DNA from: an uncultured Gemmatimonadales bacterium
GTDB lineage: Bacteria; Gemmatimonadota; Gemmatimonadetes; Gemmatimonadales; GWC2-71-9
Length of the DNA: 64,000 bases
Reading direction: 5' to 3'
NCBI GenBank assembly: GCA_963842945.1
Contig: CAWJIM010000023.1
Coordinates: 352,001-416,000, forward strand
The translations under genes were made by a program, and so were the position numbers. Below, in pieces: positions 8,954-20,277 of this stretch. The notes beneath the pieces were generated by a model. It made no database searches. It was given only the letters and a program-made list of their open reading frames with translations, and was not told where the DNA came from. The stretch's first letter is position 1, and each line of letters begins with the position of its first letter.

Positions 8954-10509
8954 ACCGCTGTTTTCTGCTGCTGGTGGATGGACTCCGTCCCGATGTGGCT
9001 CAGCGAAGGCTCGAGCTGGGTGACCTTCCCCATCTCGCGAGCATGCTGCGCCGGGGCGGCAGCACCACCGCCATCACCGGGTTCCCTTCGACAACTAGCG
9101 TTGCGTATCTGCCGTTCCTCACCGGGTGTGCCCCAGGCCGGTGTGACATTCCCTCCATTCGCTGGCTCGACCGGACGACCTATGGCGGACGCTGGTGGCG
9201 CGATCGCGCTGCGGTGCGGAGCTATTGCGGCTATCAGGCGCCCATGCTGGACGCCGACATCAACCCCGCGGTGCAGACCATCTTCGAGCTGGTGCCGGAA
9301 AGCGTCGGGATTTTCACCCCGGTGGCCCGTGGGCTCGACCGGAGCAGGGACCCCTCCCGGTTGGAGCGACGGATCTGGGGCTCGGTGGCCCATGCCGCCA
9401 AGTGGCACCAGCCCTCCGATGATTCGGTGGCGCGCCACCTCCTCAAGGCGGCCGCGCAGGATTGGCGTTTCGTGTTCGCCCAGTTCCCTGCGGTGGACGG
9501 CTACACCCATCAATCGGGCCACGATTCCGCCCCCGTCCACCGGGCCTTGCGCAAGGTGGACGAGACGGTGGGCCGGCTGCGCGACCTGCTGCGGCGCCGG
9601 GGAGAGCTGGAGCGGAGCCTGATCCTCCTGGTGAGCGACCACGGGGCCTCGCCGGTGCACACCCATCTCGACCTGGCCGACTGGTTCCGGGAGCAGGGCA
9701 TCCCCACCATGTCCCACCCCGTCATCTGGGAGCGGAGCCCGCGGGCGGCGGTGATGGTGGCCGGCAACGGTTCGGCGATGGTGTACGCTCGACCCGACGA
9801 CCGCCGGAACCGCCGCTGGTCGTTCGAGCGGCTGCGCCAGCCCCAGGCATTCGGCAGCGGCCGTGACCTGCTGGCCGCGCTGTCGGCCGAACCGGCGGTG
9901 GCGTTGATAGCGGCCGAATCGGAACACGGCGGGATTGCCGTGGCGAGCGGAGATGGCGAGGCCCGTCTCCATGAAGAGAATGGGCTGGTCGAGTACCGAC
10001 CCTGGGCCGGAGATCCCCTGCAGATGGGAGGCGCCTGGAAGGGCACCTCCCGCGACTGGCTGGAGCAGACGTGGAACGGGACCTTCCCCGATGCGGCGTT
10101 TAACCTGCTGGACCAGTTCCGCACCCGCCGCACGGGCGATCTGCTGGTGGTGGCGCGGGAGGGATACGATTTTCGCGACCGGTTCGAGGTGCCGGAGCAC
10201 CGGGCCGGCCACGGCAGCCTGATCCGGGTGCACATGCAGACACCCGTTTGGGCCAGCGAGCCGGTGCCGAGCAGCGCGCTCAGGACCGTGGACCTCTTCC
10301 CGGCGATGCTGTCGTGGCTGGGTGTGCCGGTACCGGATGATATAGATGGCGAGAGCGTGTGGAACCCGGCCCACTCCGCCCAAGAGAACTTCTCACCGCG
10401 CGGTGGAGGTCGGGGCCTAAGCCGTCGGGCCCATTCACCTGTAGTTGCAAAGAGCGTCCCAGTCGGCCAACTTCCCCTCACATTTCGGGTCCGTAGCTCA
10501 GTTGGATAG
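8950..10509 (+). CDS. Alkaline phosphatase superfamily protein (type I phosphodiesterase/nucleotide pyrophosphatase); true 3' end probably near 10420
   Basis: LLVDGLRPD, FPSTT nucleophile region, DGYTH, VSDHG, GHGSL, RTVDLFP; start overlaps the upstream stop (ATGA). Confidence 0.88.
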   Translation: MNRCFLLLVDGLRPDVAQRRLELGDLPHLASMLRRGGSTTAITGFPSTTSVAYLPFLTGCAPGRCDIPSIRWLDRTTYGGRWWRDRAAVRSYCGYQAPMLDADINPAVQTIFELVPESVGIFTPVARGLDRSRDPSRLERRIWGSVAHAAKWHQPSDDSVARHLLKAAAQDWRFVFAQFPAVDGYTHQSGHDSAPVHRALRKVDETVGRLRDLLRRRGELERSLILLVSDHGASPVHTHLDLADWFREQGIPTMSHPVIWERSPRAAVMVAGNGSAMVYARPDDRRNRRWSFERLRQPQAFGSGRDLLAALSAEPAVALIAAESEHGGIAVASGDGEARLHEENGLVEYRPWAGDPLQMGGAWKGTSRDWLEQTWNGTFPDAAFNLLDQFRTRRTGDLLVVAREGYDFRDRFEVPEHRAGHGSLIRVHMQTPVWASEPVPSSALRTVDLFPAMLSWLGVPVPDDIDGESVWNPAHSAQENFSPRGGGRGLSRRAHSPVVAKSVPVGQLPLTFRVRSSVG

Positions 10510-10560
10510 AGCGCTTGCCTCCGGAGCAAGAGGTCGCGCGTTCGAGTCGCGCCGGGCCCA
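10487..10560 (+). tRNA. tRNA-Arg(CCG)
   Basis: GGGTCCG...CGGGCCCA, anticodon arm CTTGC-CTCCGGA-GCAAG. Confidence 0.96.
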
Positions 10561-10567
10561 CTCTCAT

Positions 10568-10584
10568 CAAGAGGTCGCGCGTTC
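10568..10584 (+). repeat. 17-bp direct repeat of the tRNA-Arg 3' half (att-like scar)
   Basis: CAAGAGGTCGCGCGTTC occurs at 10527-10543 (inside the tRNA) and again at 10568-10584. Confidence 0.8.
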
Positions 10585-10840
10585 ACGCACCCGCTGCGCG
10601 GGTACCCGGCGCCGAGCCCATTCCAGAATTCAATCCCCGCTTGCATCTCCCTCGCTGGCGGGGGCGTTGTTTTCCTTCCAAAATGATCCTTGATCCAGTT
10701 GATCCCCCCCGAGACTCGGCGCAGGCGGTCGTCTCCGATTGCCGTCTGGGCCAGGCGCCCGAATTGTCCTCCCAACCGTGCCTCCAGGGGGGAAGGCGGG
10801 ATGCTTACCTTACCAAGCAGATGAAGAAAAGGAAGCAGGA

Positions 10841-11848
<1,008 letters not shown>

Positions 11849-11857
11849 GCCGAGATT

Positions 11858-12172
11858 ATGGTCCCCAAGAAGAAGAGGATTCATCGCCGGCGCGACGCCG
11901 ACCCCGCCGAGGGCCTCAAGAAGTACGGCCAGACCCGATTTGCCGATCCGACCAACAAGAAATACCCGATCGACACGCCCGGCCGGATCAAGGCGGCCTG
12001 GGCCTATATCCACCAGCCCAGCAATGCCCGGAAGTACAGCGCAGCCGAGCGCCGGACCATCACCGGCCGAATCAGGCAGGAGGCGAAACGCCGGAGGGTG
12101 ACGCTTCCCGACCCCGAGGAGTTCCTGGAGCTGATGGCGCGGGTGCGCTCCCGGAGTCGAAGCTCCAACTAG
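11858..12172 (+). CDS. DUF6582-like small basic protein
   Basis: KYGQTRFADPTNKKYPIDTPGRIKAAWAYI motif recalled for this family; assignment from memory. Confidence 0.7.
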   Translation: MVPKKKRIHRRRDADPAEGLKKYGQTRFADPTNKKYPIDTPGRIKAAWAYIHQPSNARKYSAAERRTITGRIRQEAKRRRVTLPDPEEFLELMARVRSRSRSSN

Positions 12173-12173
12173 G

Positions 12174-12452
12174 TCAGAAGGTGGTGTCCTCCAGGGCGAA
12201 CCGCACCGCGTCCACCGAGGTATGGATCGGGCCTTCCCGCAACACCGTGAAGGCCTTCCGCTGATTGGGGCTGCCCCCGGTAATAAACCAGGCGTAACAC
12301 AGGAGGGCGCGGGGATGCCCCAGGATGTCGAACAGGGCTACCTCGAACTGCTGGTTCTGCTCCCGGACTCGCTCGGAGGCCCGGTAGGTGGCGGGGCAGC
12401 GATGAGCACGCTCGACCGCCGCCTTCAACTGCGCGATTTCAGTATCGTTCAT
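12174..12452 (-). CDS. Conserved small hypothetical protein (92 aa)
   Basis: MNDTEIAQLKAAVERAHRCPA...FDILGHPRALLCYAW...DAVRFAL; ATG lies 8 nt after the stop of the upstream gene. Confidence 0.7.
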   Translation of the reverse strand: MNDTEIAQLKAAVERAHRCPATYRASERVREQNQQFEVALFDILGHPRALLCYAWFITGGSPNQRKAFTVLREGPIHTSVDAVRFALEDTTF

Positions 12453-12460
12453 CCTATACC

Positions 12461-12737
12461 TTACGCAGGACTGTTGCGCCTGCGGGACTCGCTGCGTGAT
12501 TGTGGGGTCGAGGCGCCGCCGCGGAACTCGAAATGGTCGGACCGGAGAACCCGCTCGGGGGCCATGTACCCGCGGTCCGGCTGGCGAAGCATCCAGGCCA
12601 CCACCCGGTCCGCCATCAGCGCTGCCGACTCCCAGTGCGCCGGCTCCAGCGGTGGATACAGGTGAGCAAACTCGGGCCTGAGGCGCGCCTCTCGAATCCT
12701 TGGTTCCTGGAGATCGCTTCGGTCTTCGATAATCCAC
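12461..12737 (-). CDS. Small hypothetical protein, REAxLK-YP-W-HFEFRG family (copy 2; absent from the ORF track; 1-nt indel just after the GTG start)
   Basis: Manual translation of 12730-12461: IEDRSDLQEPRIREARLRPEFAHLYPPLEPAHWESAALMADRVVAWMLRQPDRGYMAPERVLRSDHFEFRGGAS...; AGGAG RBS before GTG at 12737. Confidence 0.82.
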
Positions 12738-12879
12738 GCTCCTCTCCTGGTCGCACGTGTCCCGCGCCGCGCCGTTGGCCCAGCCCGGAACGACGTTGTC
12801 CAGTGGTATACCGCTGTAATCCGGCTATACCGGTGGGGCTTCCAACTGCGAGGAAACTAGCGGATCAAGCCCCTCCTGC

Positions 12880-12895
12880 CGTGACTCTGCTCACG
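12880..12895. promoter_or_regulatory. CRP/FNR-family-like operator CGTGA-CTCTGC-TCACG
   Basis: Palindromic GTGA-N6-TCAC in the divergent intergenic region between family copy 2 and the ligase-domain gene. Confidence 0.6.
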
Positions 12896-13011
12896 CGTGT
12901 CGCCAGCGACCATTTCTTGATGTAGCTTAGGAAAACAGAGCCGAACGGCTCACCCGTTTCGCCCTCCTCGTGGGGAGGGCTCCTGAACGCCCTCGAGGCG
13001 CCGGAGCCTTC

Positions 13012-13827
13012 ATGCCCACGCATCGTATCGCCTATTCCCGCCGACGCGAGTCCGCCCATACGCTGCCGTACGTGGAGCCCATTGCCCTGGTTCCGCGTCC
13101 CGATCCCTTCGATGATCCCGACTGGATCTTCGAGCCCAAGTACGACGGCTTTCGCGGTCTGGCGTATTCCTCCGGCTCCGGCTGTGAGATCCGATCCCGC
13201 CGCGACATTCCCCTGAGACGGTTCGAGGACCTCTGGAACCGGCTGTCCGAGGTGCTGCGAGGAAGAGAGGCCATCCTGGATGGGGAGATCGTGGCCCTCG
13301 ACCGGAAGGGCAAACCGGTCTTTGACCGTCTGGTCCGGCGTCAGGGGTTCATAGCGTTCGCCGCGTTCGATCTGCTCTGGCTGGACGGACAGGACCTCAG
13401 AGGCGAGCCCCTGGTCAGCCGAAAGGAGCTGCTCGGTTCCCTGCTGCCGGAGGACACCGGGCCTCTGTACAAGGTGCTCGCCATCGAGGAGCATGGCCGG
13501 GCGCTTTACGGGGCGGCAAGGCGAATGGATCTGGAGGGGATCGTGGCCAAGCGGAAAGCCGATCGGTACGAGCCGGGAACGGTCTGGTACCGGATTGCCA
13601 ATCCGGCACACCGGCGAATCCACGGCGCCCTCCCGGCCGGGGCACCTCAGGGAACGCCCTGCGCACTCCGCTCCCGATCGATAGACGGTTGCCGTGCCTG
13701 CCCCGGGATTGACTCCAACCCCGGGACCCACAACCTTGTACACCGAGTTGGTCAGACGGTCGGCCTCAATCGAGCCGGTCATCTCGCTCGCCGTAACCCC
13801 GTGACTATCACAACTGCTCCTTCGTGA
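13012..13827 (+). CDS. ATP-dependent DNA ligase adenylation domain protein (LigC/LigD-like, no OB fold); real end probably near 13640-13684
   Basis: Motif I EPKYDGFR, III ILDGEIV, IIIa FAAFDLL, IV EGIVAK; motif V degenerate (WYRIAN). Confidence 0.85.
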   Translation: MPTHRIAYSRRRESAHTLPYVEPIALVPRPDPFDDPDWIFEPKYDGFRGLAYSSGSGCEIRSRRDIPLRRFEDLWNRLSEVLRGREAILDGEIVALDRKGKPVFDRLVRRQGFIAFAAFDLLWLDGQDLRGEPLVSRKELLGSLLPEDTGPLYKVLAIEEHGRALYGAARRMDLEGIVAKRKADRYEPGTVWYRIANPAHRRIHGALPAGAPQGTPCALRSRSIDGCRACPGIDSNPGTHNLVHRVGQTVGLNRAGHLARRNPVTITTAPS

Positions 13828-16604
13828 CTAGAAGACCGTGGATGGAGCGGCTGAGGCCCTACCTCTGGGCCGTGATTGCAACAGCCGTGGCAATCCTGCT
13901 CCGCTCGGCCCTGACCCCCATCGTCGGGGTGAGGCTGCCGTTCATCACGCTGTTCCCCGCGGTATTCGTCTCGGCCTACCTGGGCGGTTTCGGCCCCACC
14001 GTTCTGACCACCCTGGTCGGCATGACGGTCGCCGTGTTCTGGTTTAGCGGACCCACGTACGCCGCCACCTTTTCCGACCCCATCGCTCAAATCGGATTAG
14101 CGCTTTTCGGCCTCTCCGGCGCCGCCATCGGCTGGTTGGGTGAGACTCGGTTTAGAGCCCATCTCAAGACCGCGGAGGCGTTGCGCATCGCGGAACGGGA
14201 AATGGCCCGGGCGGAGCAGGAGGCGGTCCGGGCGGAGGAAGAGGCGGCCCGCGCCGAAGAGGAGTCAGCCCGGGCCGAGGAAGAAACCCTGCACTCCGAG
14301 GAACAGACCGCCCGCGCCGAGCAGGAGGCGAAGCGTGCGGCGCAGGCATCGGAGCGGGTGGAGCGCATTCTGAGCAGCATCACCGACGCCTTCACCGTGG
14401 TGGATCACCAGTGGACCATCACCTATATGAATGAACGGGCCGCGGCGATGGCCGGAGGAAAGCCTTCGGACTACATAGGCCGGAACCATTGGGAGGCCTT
14501 TCCGGCCATGGTGGGCAGCCCGTTCGAGGATGCCTACCGGCGCGCCGTGGCCGGCGAGCACGCGGCCAAGGTCACGGCTTTCTACCCGCCCCGCGAGATC
14601 TGGATCGAGGCCACGGCATATCCCTCGGTTGAAGGCTTGACCGTCGTAGCGCAGGACGTGACCCACCGGGTCCGGGCGAACGAGGCCACCGCAAGGCTCG
14701 CCGCGATCGTGACCTCCTCCGAAGACGCCATCATCGGCAAAAAGCTGGATGGTACGGTCACCAGCTGGAACCACGCCGCCGAGGAGATCTTCGGCTATAC
14801 CGAGGCGGAGATGGTCGGGAGCTCGATCTACCGGCTGATTCCGGCCGAGCTGCATGACTCGGAGACCGATATCCTGCGGCGCGTGTCCCGGGGTGAGCCG
14901 GTCGAATTTTCCGAGGTCGAGCGCGTCCGGAAGGACGGCCAGCGGATCCATATCGCACTCTCGGTCTCCCCCATCCGGGACGGCTCGGGGAAGGTGGTGG
15001 GTGCCGCGTCGGTCAAGCGCGACGTCACGGAGCGAAAGCGGATTCAGGCGGCGCTGGAAGCCGAAAGCGCCCGCAGCCGGGAGTTGGCCCAGGCGCTGGA
15101 GGTAGCCCAGGCGTTAGTCCGGGACTTGGACGGGCGGATCACGTACTGGAGCAGTGGCGCGGCCCGGCTGTACGGATTCACCGCCGCGGAGGCCATTGGC
15201 CGGGTCTCGCACGAGCTGCTGCAGACCGAGTTCCCACTGCCGCTGGAGGAGATCCGGAGCGCGTTGCAGGCCGCGGGCCGCTGGCAGGGCGAGCTGGTCC
15301 ACGTGGCCAAAGACGGACGCCGGATCCACGTGGCCGCCCAGTGGATCCTTCAGCGGCGCCGGCGCGAGGAGTCAGCGTCGGTTATCGAGGTTACCACCGA
15401 CGTCACCGCCCAACGGCTGATCGAGGAAAGGGTGCGGCAGAGCGAGCGGATGGAAGTGGTCGGACAGCTCGCCGGCGGTGTGGCCCACGAAGCCAACAAT
15501 CAGATGACGGTCGTCCTCGGCGCTTCGAGTTTTCTGCTGGGCCGCCCCGATCTTCCGGAAGCCGCCCGAAAGGACCTCGAATACATCCGGGAGGCGGCCG
15601 AGCGCACTGCGGCCATAACAGCTCAGCTCCTTGCCTTCAGCCGCCGGCAGGTCGTGCAGACCCGGGTCTTCGAGCTGGACGACGTGATCCAGGGGCTCGA
15701 GGGCGTCCTCCGCCGCGCCCTGGGCGAGCGCTCAACGCTCGTGCTGCAGCTCCGGGCCGGCAGCCGGGTCAACGCCGATCCGGGTCAGGTGAGCCAGGTG
15801 CTGCTGAATCTCGTGCTCAACTCGCGCGACGCCATGCCCCTGGGTGGACGCCTCAGCATCGAAACCCTCGTCACCGAGCTGACCGAATCCTATGCCAAGC
15901 AGCGGCCCGGCGTGGCCATCCGGCCCGGCTCCTACGCCGTGGTGGCGGTCAGCGATACCGGCCACGGCATGGGACCTGAAACCCTGGGCCATCTGTTCGA
16001 GCCGTTCTACACGACCAAGCCCATTGGTAAGGGCACCGGGCTCGGACTGGCCACCGTCTATGGAATCGTGAAGCAGAGCCAGGGTTACGTCTGGGCCTAT
16101 AGTGAACTGGGCCAGGGCACCACATTCAAGATCTATCTACCGCTCGACGCGTCCTCGGTGGCCCCCACCGCGATGGCTGAGCCGCCGGCCCGGGCCACAG
16201 GTGAGACGGTGCTTCTGGTGGAGGACGAGCCCGCCGTCCGGATCATGACCTCGCGGGCGCTGCAGGAATTCGGCTATGGGGTCATCGAGGCGAGCGGAGG
16301 ACATCAGGCGCTCGGAGTGCTGGAACGGAAGGACACCCCCATCGATCTGCTGATCACCGACGTAATTCTGCCCGGCATGGATGGTCCCGAGCTGGCCCGC
16401 CGCGCCGCGGAGCTCACCTCAGATCTGCCGGTGCTCTTCATCAGCGGCTACACCGACGCCGAGATCGTCCGCCGCGGCTTGCTTCAGGAAGGTCAGCCGT
16501 TTCTGCAGAAGCCATTCACTCCGGAAGCCCTGGCGGTGCAAGTCACCAGGCTGCTGAAGCAAAAGGTCAAGTCAGGCAAGCGGAGCACCGCCGGAGTGCG
16601 CTAG
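13824..16604 (+). CDS. Membrane-bound hybrid histidine kinase (DUF4118-like TM, coiled coil, 3 PAS, HisKA, HATPase, REC)
   Basis: Four TM helices, PAS/PAC motifs, H-box GGVAHEANN, NLVLNSRDAM, DTGHGM, GTGLGL, C-terminal REC. Confidence 0.94.
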   Translation: MTRRPWMERLRPYLWAVIATAVAILLRSALTPIVGVRLPFITLFPAVFVSAYLGGFGPTVLTTLVGMTVAVFWFSGPTYAATFSDPIAQIGLALFGLSGAAIGWLGETRFRAHLKTAEALRIAEREMARAEQEAVRAEEEAARAEEESARAEEETLHSEEQTARAEQEAKRAAQASERVERILSSITDAFTVVDHQWTITYMNERAAAMAGGKPSDYIGRNHWEAFPAMVGSPFEDAYRRAVAGEHAAKVTAFYPPREIWIEATAYPSVEGLTVVAQDVTHRVRANEATARLAAIVTSSEDAIIGKKLDGTVTSWNHAAEEIFGYTEAEMVGSSIYRLIPAELHDSETDILRRVSRGEPVEFSEVERVRKDGQRIHIALSVSPIRDGSGKVVGAASVKRDVTERKRIQAALEAESARSRELAQALEVAQALVRDLDGRITYWSSGAARLYGFTAAEAIGRVSHELLQTEFPLPLEEIRSALQAAGRWQGELVHVAKDGRRIHVAAQWILQRRRREESASVIEVTTDVTAQRLIEERVRQSERMEVVGQLAGGVAHEANNQMTVVLGASSFLLGRPDLPEAARKDLEYIREAAERTAAITAQLLAFSRRQVVQTRVFELDDVIQGLEGVLRRALGERSTLVLQLRAGSRVNADPGQVSQVLLNLVLNSRDAMPLGGRLSIETLVTELTESYAKQRPGVAIRPGSYAVVAVSDTGHGMGPETLGHLFEPFYTTKPIGKGTGLGLATVYGIVKQSQGYVWAYSELGQGTTFKIYLPLDASSVAPTAMAEPPARATGETVLLVEDEPAVRIMTSRALQEFGYGVIEASGGHQALGVLERKDTPIDLLITDVILPGMDGPELARRAAELTSDLPVLFISGYTDAEIVRRGLLQEGQPFLQKPFTPEALAVQVTRLLKQKVKSGKRSTAGVR

Positions 16605-16687
16605 CCGCTTTACGGGCCAGCGCGGTCCGGACCTGACTTGCTCCTCCGGCCGGAATACTTCTTACTTCAGCAGTGCTCGCCACCCAA

Positions 16688-19501
16688 ATGCGTAGAGGAG
16701 TTACCCCCTACCTGATTACCGGGGCCGCCGTGCTGCTCATGACGGTGGTCCGCTGGCTGTTGGACCCCATCCTGGCCCAACAGCTTCCATTCATCACCTT
16801 CATTGTTGCCGCACTGTTCGCTGCCTGGCTGGGCGGGCTCGGGCCCGCCCTGTTTGCCACTGTGGTGGGCGGCGCGCTCGCCCTCTTCCTCTTCATCCCT
16901 CCGGCATACTCGCTCCACTCGATCGGGACCATGGGCACGGTGGGGATGCTGCTGTTCGTCCTGACCGGCTTGACCGCAGGATTGCTGGGCGAATCTCGCC
17001 TCCGGGCCCAGGCCCGCGCCGAGGCGTCAGCGATCGAAGCCCAAAACGCGGCGAACCTGGCTCGGTCGGAGGCCAGGCGCGCCCAGAGGAGAAATCGCGG
17101 GCCGAGGCCGCCGCGCTGGAGGCGGAAGAAGCGCTCAACCAGCAGCTCGAGGTGGAGGCGGCGCTCCGGAGCAGCGAGGCGCGCTTTCGCGCCATGGCCG
17201 AGTCGTCTCCCCTGGGCATCTACATCACCGACCCTGCCGGTGATTGCTTCTACACCAACCCGGCCTACCAGCGGATCTCCGGATTGAGCGAACAGCAGGC
17301 CCGGGGAACCGGATGGAGCAAGGCGATTCACCCGGAGGACCGGGAGCGAGTGTTCCGGGAGTGGTATCAGGCGGCGGAGCGCAGAATTCCCTTCCAGAGT
17401 GAGCATCGATTTGCCCACGCCGACGGCAAGGTGGTGTGGACCCGGGTGAACGCCGCGGAGATCACCGACGAGGAACAACTCGTAGGGTACGTCGGGCTGG
17501 TGGAGGACATCTCGCAGCACGCGGCGGCTCAGACGGCGCTGCGGCAGAGCGAGGAGCGCTACCGGGCATTCATCGAGCAGACGGCGGAGGGTGTCTGGCG
17601 ATTCGAGATGGAGCAGCCGGTGCCGGTGACGCCTGCCCGAGGACGAGCAAATCGAGCGCTTCTATACCCACGCCTATCTGGCCGAATGCAACGACGCCCT
17701 GGCCCAGATGTACGGCTACAGCAAGGCGGGAGAGCTGATCGGTGCGCGCCTGGGTGACATGGTGCCCCGCTCCGACCCGCAGAACCTGGAGTACCTCCGC
17801 GCATTCATTCGGAGCGGGTACCGCCTGACCGACGCGGAATCGCACGAAGTCGATCGCGAGGGAAACGAGCGCTACTTCCTGAACAACCTGATCGGATTCG
17901 TATCCGAGGGACGAACTGCGGCGCGCCTGGGGCTCCCAGCGCGATGTTACGATCAATCGACAGGCCGAGTCCGCCATTCTGGCCAGCGAGGCCCGTTTTC
18001 GCAGCGTGTTCGAGTCGGGCATGATCGGTATCGCCTTCTGGAACGGCCAGCTGATCACCAGCGCCAATGATGTCCTGCTCGACATGCTGGGCTACACCAG
18101 AGAGGATCTGGCCCAGGGGCGGCTTCGGCAGGGCCGCCTCACCCCGCCGGGATACGAGGGGGCTGACCGTAAGGCTACCGAGGAAACCCGGCTCAAGGGC
18201 TCATGCACTCCGTACGAAAAGGAGTTTTTGCGGAAGGATGGAACCCGGGTTCCCGTACTGGTGGGAGGAGCTCGGCTGGCCGATCACATGGCCGACGCCG
18301 TGTTCTTCGTGCTGGATCTTACGGCCCGCCGCCAGGCGGAGGACCGCCTGCGACAGGCGGAGCGAATCGAGGTCGTGGGTCAGCTGGCGGGTGGCATGGC
18401 CCACGAAGCCAACAACCAGATGTCCGTGGTCCTGGGCGCCGCCAGCTTCATTCTCGCCCGGAAGGACCTGCCCGAGCCCGTGAGACAGGACGTGGACTAT
18501 ATCCGGCAGGCCGCCGAACGCACCGCGTCCATCACCCGCCAGCTGCTCGCCTTCAGCCGGCGGCAGATCCTCAAGCCCGAGGTGGTAGATCTGAACGCGG
18601 TGCTGAACAACCTTCAGCCCATTCTCCGCCGCACTCTGACCGAACAGCAGACGCTGGAGCTCCGGCTGGATCCGACGGTGGCTCCGATACGGGCCGACCC
18701 GGCCCAGCTCGATCAGGTCCTGCTGAACCTCACGATCAATGCCCGGGACGCGATGCCCGACGGCGGCACCTTGACCATCGAGACCCGCGAGGTGGAGCTG
18801 GCCGACGAGTATGCCGCCCGGCGGCCGGGCGTCTCCATCATTCCGGGCACGTACACCGCTTTGGTCGTAGCGATACCGGCCATGGCATGGATCAGGAAAC
18901 GATGAAGCATCTGTTCGAGCCGTTCTTCACCACCAAAGCCGTCGGACAGGGAGCGGCCTGGGCCTGGCGATGGTGTACGGCATCGTGAAGCAGAGCGGCG
19001 GATAACATCTGGGCTTACAGCGAGCCCGGCATGGGAACGACCCTCAAGCTGTATTTCCCCTCGGTGCGGGAATCGGCGAGCGGATCCGCGCCCAGCGGAG
19101 CCGGATCAGCCGAGCGCCGAGCTGCCAGCGGAAGGATACTGATCGTCGAGGACGATCCCCTGGTGCGGGAGATGGCCCGGCGCTCGTTGTCCGAGGCGGG
19201 ATACGAGGTAATGGAGGCGGCCAACGGACAGACCGCGCTGGATCTGGTCTCCCGAGGGCTCGCGGAGTCGATGCGGTGCTCACCGACCTCGCAATGCCGG
19301 GCATGGGCGGACGAGAGCTGGCGCGGCGACTGTGGGAGAGCCGGCCCAGCTCTGCCGGTGGTCTTCATGTCGGGCTACACCGATGACGTCGTCATTCGCC
19401 GCGGCCTGCTGGAGAGCGGAGTCCCGTTTCTGGAGAAGCCGCTGTCCCCCGTCGAGCTCGCCCGAAAGATGCGACAGGTGCTCAATGGCGGAATGCTGTG
19501 A
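16688..19501 (+). CDS. Second membrane-bound PAS hybrid histidine kinase, paralogue of the upstream gene; many apparent frameshifts
   Basis: Pieces across ORFs 16673, 17152, 17708, 18006 and 19031: TM domain, 3 [41 protein letters not shown]...FLEKP. Confidence 0.88.
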
Positions 19502-19512
19502 GCAACCTCACT
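19497..19512. promoter_or_regulatory. CRP-like operator TGTGA-GCAACC-TCACT
   Basis: 9/10 match to TGTGA-N6-TCACA, centred about 30 bp upstream of a TATATT -10-like hexamer (19536-19541) preceding the Gly-rich gene. Confidence 0.58.
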
Positions 19513-19662
19513 CCCCTCGTCTCCCGACAACTACATATATTTCCTCGCCCTGTCGGGCCGGGGTTGTGACACTCCGAGCGGGCCTTGGTCATCGGAGACA
19601 GCGTCCAACCCCGAACTCAAGGCCGTCGCTCTCCGCGGCGGCCCTCCTCAAGGAGTCGAGGC

Positions 19663-20096
19663 ATGGCTAATCGTGAAGGGGGCAAACCTGGCGGCGGAGG
19701 CGGCGGCCAAGGTGGCGGTGGTGGTCAGAAGGGTGGTGGCGGCGGACAAGGCGGCGGTGGGGGCCAGAAGGGCGGCGGCGGTGGCGGCGGTGGTCGACCC
19801 GGAGGACCTGGTGGTGGTGGCGGACAGGGTGGCGGCGTGGCGGGGCGGGCAAAAGGGCGGCGGCGGTGGCGGCGGTGGTCGTCCCGGCGGTCCGGGTGGC
19901 GGCGGTGGTCAGGGCGGCGGCGGTGGCGGCGGCGGTCGTCCTGGTGGTCCGGGTGGCGGCGGCGGCCAGGGTGGCGGCGGACAGGGTGGTGGAGGTGGCG
20001 GTCAACGAGGGGCGGTGGCGGCGGTGGACAGGGTGGTGGTGGGCGGGCGGCGGTGGCTGGGGCGGCGGCGGTGGAGGCCAGGGAGGCAACCGGTAG
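19663..20096 (+). CDS. Glycine-rich low-complexity protein (about 140 aa; frameshifted in G runs)
   Basis: AAGGAG RBS; MANREGGKPGGGGGGQGGGGGQKGGG...RPGGPGGG repeats continuing across frames to GGQGGNR-stop. Confidence 0.7.
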
Positions 20097-20119
20097 GTAA
20101 ACAGCGCAACAGGCGTGAT

Positions 20120-20152
20120 GAACGCCTCACTCTCTCCGAGAGTGGGGCGCTC
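20120..20152 (+). terminator. Hairpin after the Gly-rich gene
   Basis: GAACGCCTCACTCTC-TCC-GAGAGTGGGGCGCTC followed by TTCTT. Confidence 0.5.
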
Positions 20153-20277
20153 TTCTTACCGGGGGTACGGCGGGCTATACTAGGGACTGGCTTAACTTCA
20201 GATCTTCGCCGACACATCCGGCTTCAGATCACTGTCTCTCTACCTGCCATCGGGGTGGTGCGGCGCGAGGAGATCGA

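Noticed and set aside
10420..10509. Phosphodiesterase CDS overlapping tRNA-Arg
   Set aside because: Recognisable homology ends near 10360 and an out-of-frame TAA at 10418-10420 suggests an indel extended the ORF
12174..12737. 187-aa ORF in the supplied track
   Set aside because: It is a chimera: the 5' part is the wrong frame of family copy 2 (12461-12737) and the 3' part is a separate 92-aa gene starting at 12452
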